From Actinomycetes bacterium (GTDB lineage Bacteria; Actinomycetota; Actinomycetes; JAHEKZ01), in NCBI GenBank assembly GCA_024644435.1, contig JAHEKZ010000001.1, forward strand, positions 1,703 to 65,702: 64,000 nt of DNA, written 5' to 3'. Below the pieces are notes generated by a model. It saw only the letters and a list, made by a program, of their open reading frames with translations. It did no database searches and was not told where the DNA came from. This document shows positions 58,918 through 64,000 of the stretch, piece by piece. Each line of letters begins with the position of its first letter. The first letter of the stretch is position 1. Both the position numbers and the translations under genes were made by a program.

Positions 58918-61086
58918 GTGTCGCCGACCACCCTGTCCCCTTCGCGAGCGGCCCCGGTGAATGACTCTGTGAATGATGCTGTGACGTCCCCCACGACCCC
59001 ACCCCTGGCATGGTCCGATCTGGACCGCCGCGCCGTTGACACCTGTCGCGTGCTGGCGATGGATGCCGTTCAGAAGGTCGGCAACGGGCACCCGGGAACC
59101 GCAATGAGCCTGGCGCCGGCTGCCTACCTGCTCTTCCAGCAGCACCTGCGCCATGACCCGCACGACCCCGCCTGGATCGGTCGCGACCGATTCATCCTCT
59201 CGATGGGCCACTCCAGCCTCACGCTCTACCTCCAGCTGTACCTGTCGGGGTACGGACTCGAGCTCGACGACCTGAAGGCCCTGCGTACGTGGGGAAGCCG
59301 CACTCCGGGGCACCCGGAATGGGGCCACACGATTGGCGTCGAGACGACCACCGGTCCGCTGGGGCAGGGTCTGGCCAATGGCGTCGGCATGGCGATGGCC
59401 CAGCGTCGGGTACGCGGGCTCCTCGATCCGGATGCGCCCGCGGGTACCAGCCCGTTCGACTGGACGGTCTGGGTCATGGCGAGCGACGGAGACATCCAGG
59501 AGGGAGTCACCTCTGAGGCGTCCTCCCTTGCCGGAACCCAACGTCTGGGCAACCTGGTGGTGGTCTGGGACGACAACCGGATCTCCATCGAGGACGACAC
59601 GCAGATCGCCTTCACCGAGGATGTCTGCGCGCGCTACCGCGCCTATGGGTGGGGTGTGCTCGAGGTTGAGCTCGCACCCGACGGAGACGTCGACGTCGCC
59701 GCGCTGGACGCCGCACTCACCGCTGCGCGGGCCGATCTCGACCGACCCACGTTCATCCGGCTACGCAGCCAGATCGCCTGGCCCGCGCCGCACGCCGCGA
59801 ACACCGGAGGTGCGCACGGTTCCGCGCTGGGGGCTGACGAGGTAGCTGCAACCAAGCGGGTACTCGGATTTCCCGATGACGAGAGCTTCCGGGTCGATCC
59901 GGACGTGCTGCACCACGCCCGTGGGGTTGCGGCGCGCGGATCTGACCTGCACCGGGAATGGAGCGAGCGGTATGACGTCTGGGCCGACGCCAACCCCGAC
60001 CGAACCGTCCTGCTCGACCGCCTGCAGAAGGACCAGCTGCCGGACGACTGGAAGACCCAGCTGCCGACCTTCGACCCCGGCGCCTCGATCGCCACGCGCT
60101 CGGCCTCGGGCACGGTGCTCGCCGCACTGGCCGACGTCCTCCCCGAGCTCTGGGGCGGATCCGCGGACCTCGCCGGCTCGAACAACACCACCATGCCGGG
60201 GCAGCCATCGGCACTGCCGCTCGACCGTCAGACAGCCACGTGGTCGGGTCATCCCTTCGGCCGCACGCTGCATTTCGGGGTGCGTGAGCACGCGATGGGC
60301 GCGATCGCGAACGGGATCGCGCTCGAGGGCCACACCCGCCCGTACGTTGGCACCTTCCTGGTCTTCAGCGACTACATGCGCCCATCGGTGCGAATGGCCG
60401 CCCTGATGGGCCTGTCCCCCGTCTACGTGTGGACGCACGACTCGATCGGACTTGGCGAAGACGGCCCCACCCATCAGCCGGTGGAGCACCTGACGGCGCT
60501 GCGGGCGATTCCCGGGCTGTCCGTCGTCCGGCCGGCCGATGCCAACGAGACCGTGGCCGCCTGGGCCGCCACCCTCGAGAGCCGCAGTGGGCCCGTCGCC
60601 CTCGCCCTCACCCGACAAGGGGTGCCGGTGCTCTCGGGCACCGGTGAACGTGCCGCTGTCGGAACGGCCCGCGGCGCCTATGTGCTGCAGGACAGCTCTG
60701 CTGCCGGCGACGAGCCAGACGTCCTGTTGATGGCCACCGGGTCCGAGGTCCAGCTGGCGGTGGCTGCCGCCGACGTGCTCACCTCCGATGGCATCACGGC
60801 TCGAGTCGTCTCCATGCCCTGTCTCGAGTGGTTCGACCAGCAACCGCCCGACTACCGCGAGGCCACGTTGCCACACCGCGTTCGCGCCCGAGTCGCCGTT
60901 GAGGCGGGATCTCGCATGTCGTGGTGGCGTCTGGTCGGCGACAGCGGCCGCGTCGTCGGACTTGACCACTACGGGGCGTCAGCCGACCCCGCCACGCTCT
61001 TCCGCGAGTTCGGCATCACCAGCGAGGCTGTCGTGACGGCCGCACGTGAGTCACTGGCTGACGCAGCCGGCTCAGCGAGGGAGTAA
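58918..61086 (+). CDS. tkt: Transketolase
   Basis: GHPG…GPLGQG…MASDGD…EDGPTHQP TPP-binding and catalytic motifs. Confidence 0.9.
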   Translation: MSPTTLSPSRAAPVNDSVNDAVTSPTTPPLAWSDLDRRAVDTCRVLAMDAVQKVGNGHPGTAMSLAPAAYLLFQQHLRHDPHDPAWIGRDRFILSMGHSSLTLYLQLYLSGYGLELDDLKALRTWGSRTPGHPEWGHTIGVETTTGPLGQGLANGVGMAMAQRRVRGLLDPDAPAGTSPFDWTVWVMASDGDIQEGVTSEASSLAGTQRLGNLVVVWDDNRISIEDDTQIAFTEDVCARYRAYGWGVLEVELAPDGDVDVAALDAALTAARADLDRPTFIRLRSQIAWPAPHAANTGGAHGSALGADEVAATKRVLGFPDDESFRVDPDVLHHARGVAARGSDLHREWSERYDVWADANPDRTVLLDRLQKDQLPDDWKTQLPTFDPGASIATRSASGTVLAALADVLPELWGGSADLAGSNNTTMPGQPSALPLDRQTATWSGHPFGRTLHFGVREHAMGAIANGIALEGHTRPYVGTFLVFSDYMRPSVRMAALMGLSPVYVWTHDSIGLGEDGPTHQPVEHLTALRAIPGLSVVRPADANETVAAWAATLESRSGPVALALTRQGVPVLSGTGERAAVGTARGAYVLQDSSAAGDEPDVLLMATGSEVQLAVAAADVLTSDGITARVVSMPCLEWFDQQPPDYREATLPHRVRARVAVEAGSRMSWWRLVGDSGRVVGLDHYGASADPATLFREFGITSEAVVTAARESLADAAGSARE

Positions 61087-61093
61087 CCGACCG

Positions 61094-62215
61094 ATGAGCC
61101 CACTGCAGGACCTTGCGTCGTCAGGCGTCTCCGTCTGGCTCGACGACCTCGGCCGCGACCGACTCACCTCCGGCGGACTCGCCCAGCTGGTGGCCAACGG
61201 AGTCGTCGGTGTCACCACGAATCCTTCCATCTTCGCGTCCGCGGTGTCCCACGGCGACGCCTACGCCGAGCAGCTGGCCGAGCTCACCGGCCGCACCCCG
61301 GAAGAGGCGCTCCACGCCCTGATGGTCAGCGACGTGCGCGGCGCGTGCGACGTCCTGTCCAGCACCTTCGAGCAGACGAACGCGGTCGATGGTCGGGTGT
61401 CATTCGAGGTCGACCCACGGCTGGCCCACGACACCGACCAGACCCTCGCGGCCGCTGCCGAGGTCTGGACTGATGTGAGCAGGCCGAACGTGATGGTCAA
61501 GATCCCGGCAACGCTGGCCGGCCTGCCCGCGATCACCGCGGCCGTGGCTCAGGGGATCAGCGTCAATGTCACGCTGATCTTCGGGGTCGAGCGTTACGCC
61601 CAGGTGCAGGACGCCTGGCTCGCCGGACTCGAGGACGCCCAGGTCCGGGGCCGAGACCTCAGCGCGATCGGCTCGGTGGCCTCCTTCTTCGTCAGCCGCC
61701 TCGACACCGCCGTCGACGGCCGACTCGACGCCATGGCGGACGCCGGCGCCCTCGAGGCCCAGACCCACCGCGAGCTCCGGGGTCGTGCGGCCGTCGCCAA
61801 CGCCAGGCAGGCGTACCGCCAGTACCAGCGGATGCTCCAGACCCCTCGCTGGCTCAGCCTGGCAGCGGCCGGCGCGCAGCCGCAACGGCCGCTGTGGGCC
61901 TCGACCAGCACCAAGGACCCCACCTTCTCGCCAACCCGCTACGTCGACGAGCTGGTGGCCCCGCAGACGGTCAACACCATGCCGTCGGCCACGCTGGACG
62001 CAGTGGTCGCTTCCACCGCGCGACACCCGGTGTCGATCGACGCCACGGACGAGGCCGAAGCGGCCGACGTCGCCCTCTTCGAACGCCTCGCCGCGGTCGG
62101 AGTCGACTACCAGCAGGTGGTGGAAGGGCTCGAAGAAGCAGGAGTGAGCGCCTTCAGCGAGGCCTGGACCACCCTGCTTGAGCTCGTGGAGCGGGCCCAG
62201 GCCAACGGGTGCTAG
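61094..62215 (+). CDS. tal: Transaldolase (long actinobacterial type)
   Basis: VSVWLDDL…NVMVKIPAT (Schiff-base Lys region). The ATG at 61094 is preceded by GAGGGAG. Confidence 0.9.
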   Translation: MSPLQDLASSGVSVWLDDLGRDRLTSGGLAQLVANGVVGVTTNPSIFASAVSHGDAYAEQLAELTGRTPEEALHALMVSDVRGACDVLSSTFEQTNAVDGRVSFEVDPRLAHDTDQTLAAAAEVWTDVSRPNVMVKIPATLAGLPAITAAVAQGISVNVTLIFGVERYAQVQDAWLAGLEDAQVRGRDLSAIGSVASFFVSRLDTAVDGRLDAMADAGALEAQTHRELRGRAAVANARQAYRQYQRMLQTPRWLSLAAAGAQPQRPLWASTSTKDPTFSPTRYVDELVAPQTVNTMPSATLDAVVASTARHPVSIDATDEAEAADVALFERLAAVGVDYQQVVEGLEEAGVSAFSEAWTTLLELVERAQANGC

Positions 62216-62547
62216 ACGTCGCCGCGCAGCTTGGCCAACGCCTCGGCGAGGATGGCCTCACCATCGGCGTCCGACCGACGCTCTTTGACGTACGCCAGGT
62301 GGGTCTTGTACGGCTCGTTCTTCGGCGCTGACGGTGGCGTCTCTCGATCCTGGCCGGCTGGCATGCCGCAGCGTGGACAGTCCCACGTGTCGGGGATGTC
62401 GGCCTCGTCGGCAAAGCTGGGACGCGACTCGTGCGCGTTGGCGCACCAGTAGCTGATGCGTCGCCGAGGGGCTGGTTCGCCGCGCTCTGCTTCTCCCATG
62501 GGGCCGGCTCCTACCCGACTCCCGCGAATGGCGCTGCCACCAGCCAT
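62212..62547 (-). CDS. rbpA: RNA polymerase-binding protein RbpA
   Basis: CPRCGMPAG zinc-ribbon-like motif and the C-terminal sigma-interaction helix (YKTHLAYVKERRSD…ILAEALAKLR). Confidence 0.85.
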   Translation of the reverse strand: MAGGSAIRGSRVGAGPMGEAERGEPAPRRRISYWCANAHESRPSFADEADIPDTWDCPRCGMPAGQDRETPPSAPKNEPYKTHLAYVKERRSDADGEAILAEALAKLRGDV

Positions 62548-62598
62548 CTGCTCACCGCCTCCAGTCGTCTGTCATGTCGAGTACTACGTGCAGTCGAG

Positions 62599-62841
62599 CT
62601 AGTTCGATCCCAGCAACAGGCCCAGCCCGACGATGCAGGCGAACCAGACGATCCCAGCAGCGATGGTCATGCGGTCGAGGTTGCGCTCGACCACGTTCGA
62701 GCCACCCAACGACGTGGACATGCCGCCACCGAACATGTCAGACAGCCCGCCACCCTTGCCCTTGTGCAAGAGGATGAGAGCCAGTAGCGCAATGCTCATC
62801 ACGTTGACGATGACCAAGAGGCCGATCTCGATCGGTGACAC
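62599..62841 (-). CDS. secG: Preprotein translocase subunit SecG
   Basis: Two TM helices with the G-rich loop LHKGKGGGLSDMFGGG. Confidence 0.9.
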   Translation of the reverse strand: MSPIEIGLLVIVNVMSIALLALILLHKGKGGGLSDMFGGGMSTSLGGSNVVERNLDRMTIAAGIVWFACIVGLGLLLGSN

Positions 62842-62919
62842 CGAAGAACTCCTCTAACGGGGGCGGGGCGCTACCAGGATAGGCATGCGATGTCGTGGAT
62901 GGTGGTCTGGGTCCCTAAC

Positions 62920-63723
62920 TCACGGTGATCCAGGTTCGGTGACGCGGTACCTGACGATTCCCACGAACTCCTCGGCCGCCAGGCTGGCGCCGCCCACCAA
63001 GGCCCCGTCGACATCGGGCTGCTCCATGATGCCTGCGGCGTTGGCTGCTTTCACCGAGCCGCCGTAGAGCACTCGGACGGTCTGCCCGACATCAGCTCCG
63101 TGCTCACGTGCGACCCACGATCTGATGGCCCCGCACACCTCTTGCGCGTCTTCGGGCGTTGCCACTTCGCCGGTGCCGATGGCCCACACCGGTTCGTAGG
63201 CGATCACGGCCGACGCCAGGTCGTCCACCCCGTCCAGTGAGCCCTTGAGCTGCTCGAGTACGTAGGCCACGTGTTCTGCTGCCTGGCGCACCTCGAGAGC
63301 CTCACCGACGCACACGATCGGTGTCATGCCGTGCGTGCGCGCGGCCCTGGCCTTGGCGGCCACCACCGCGTCGTCTTCACCGTGGTGCTGCCGACGTTCG
63401 GAGTGCCCGACCGTCACGTAGCTGCACCCCAGCTTGGCGAGCATCGACGCGGCAACCTCGCCGGTATAGGCCCCACTGTCGTGCAGCGACACGTCCTGGG
63501 CGCCGTAACCGATCTTCAGATGGTCGGCATCGATCAGGGTCTGCACGGAGCGGATGTCGGTGAAGGGCGGCAGAACCACGACCTCGACGGCGTCGAGGTC
63601 GTCCTCACTGAGACGGAACGCCAGGTCCTGCACCAGGTGCATCGCCTCAAAGTGATTGAGGTTCATCTTCCAGTTGCCAGCCATCAGGGGCATACGCCCT
63701 GCTGGCTTTGCGGCCTTGGTCAT
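62920..63723 (-). CDS. tpiA: Triose-phosphate isomerase
   Basis: AGNWKMN…VAHNEG…[11 protein letters not shown]…GGS motifs. The start overlaps the pgk stop (ATGA). Confidence 0.9.
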   Translation of the reverse strand: MTKAAKPAGRMPLMAGNWKMNLNHFEAMHLVQDLAFRLSEDDLDAVEVVVLPPFTDIRSVQTLIDADHLKIGYGAQDVSLHDSGAYTGEVAASMLAKLGCSYVTVGHSERRQHHGEDDAVVAAKARAARTHGMTPIVCVGEALEVRQAAEHVAYVLEQLKGSLDGVDDLASAVIAYEPVWAIGTGEVATPEDAQEVCGAIRSWVAREHGADVGQTVRVLYGGSVKAANAAGIMEQPDVDGALVGGASLAAEEFVGIVRYRVTEPGSP

Positions 63724-63999
63724 CAGGTGGATCCACCCTCTCCGGTGGTGTCGTCGAGAACAGCGATCCCGGGAAGCTGTCGCCCCTCCAGGTACTCAAG
63801 GCTCGCGCCACCGCCGGTAGAGATGTGACCGAACGCCTCCTCGTCGAACCCGAGGGTTCGCACGGCAGCGGCCGAGTCGCCGCCGCCCACGACAGTGAAC
63901 CCCTTCGAGTCGACCAGGGCCTGCGCGACGGCACGTGTACCAGCGGCGAAGACAGGAAACTCAAAGACGCCCATCGGCCCGTTCCAGAAGATCGTCTGT
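63723..63999 (-). CDS. pgk: Phosphoglycerate kinase, C-terminal part (gene continues beyond the window edge)
   Basis: …[15 protein letters not shown]…[11 protein letters not shown]…[10 protein letters not shown] matches the Pgk C-terminal ATP-binding region. Confidence 0.85.
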   Translation of the reverse strand, partial: QTIFWNGPMGVFEFPVFAAGTRAVAQALVDSKGFTVVGGGDSAAAVRTLGFDEEAFGHISTGGGASLEYLEGRQLPGIAVLDDTTGEGGST

Positions 64000-64000
64000 G

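Noticed and set aside
63961-64000. The printed final sequence line appears to contain 39 rather than 40 bases.
   Set aside because: Probably a formatting quirk. All verified start and stop codons upstream match the ORF-track coordinates, so only the last coordinate of the partial pgk call (given as 63999) is affected.

Overview
This is a high-GC actinobacterial chromosomal window, dense with conserved housekeeping genes. I found no transposase, integrase, phage genes or CRISPR array. Gene order closely follows two conserved Mycobacterium-type synteny blocks. The first runs from an Rv2125-like PAC2 gene through mshC and uppP (Rv2136c-like) to an Rv2141c-like M20 peptidase. The second runs fabG1–inhA, tldD/pmbA, moaA, the full suf operon (sufR-sufB-sufD-Rieske-sufC-sufS-sufU-sufT), ctaA, ctaB, tkt, tal, rbpA, secG, tpiA and pgk. 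A tRNA-Leu(GAG) and several less conserved segments lie between these blocks. The best candidate for an undescribed system is a translationally coupled four-gene operon at 14149-18921. It encodes a Gfo/Idh/MocA oxidoreductase with a possibly ThuA-like N-terminal domain, a second Gfo/Idh/MocA oxidoreductase, an alpha/beta hydrolase, and a protein that fuses an S51/cyanophycinase-like domain to a cysteinyl-tRNA-synthetase C-terminal-like domain. A GC-rich 12-bp perfect palindrome sits just upstream of this operon. Other loci worth a second look: a DUF4397 / class F sortase / ECF sigma / RskA-like anti-sigma operon; a hypothetical gene carrying a 45-bp (PDD)5 coding repeat; and a Cys-rich SdrD-B-like secreted protein immediately downstream of the tRNA. 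Many long ORFs in the six-frame track are antisense or out-of-frame shadows of real genes, which is typical of GC-rich DNA. For several genes I trimmed the start codon inward from the ORF-track start on the basis of homology. All functional calls rest on motif and family recognition by eye from the translations. No database search was run.
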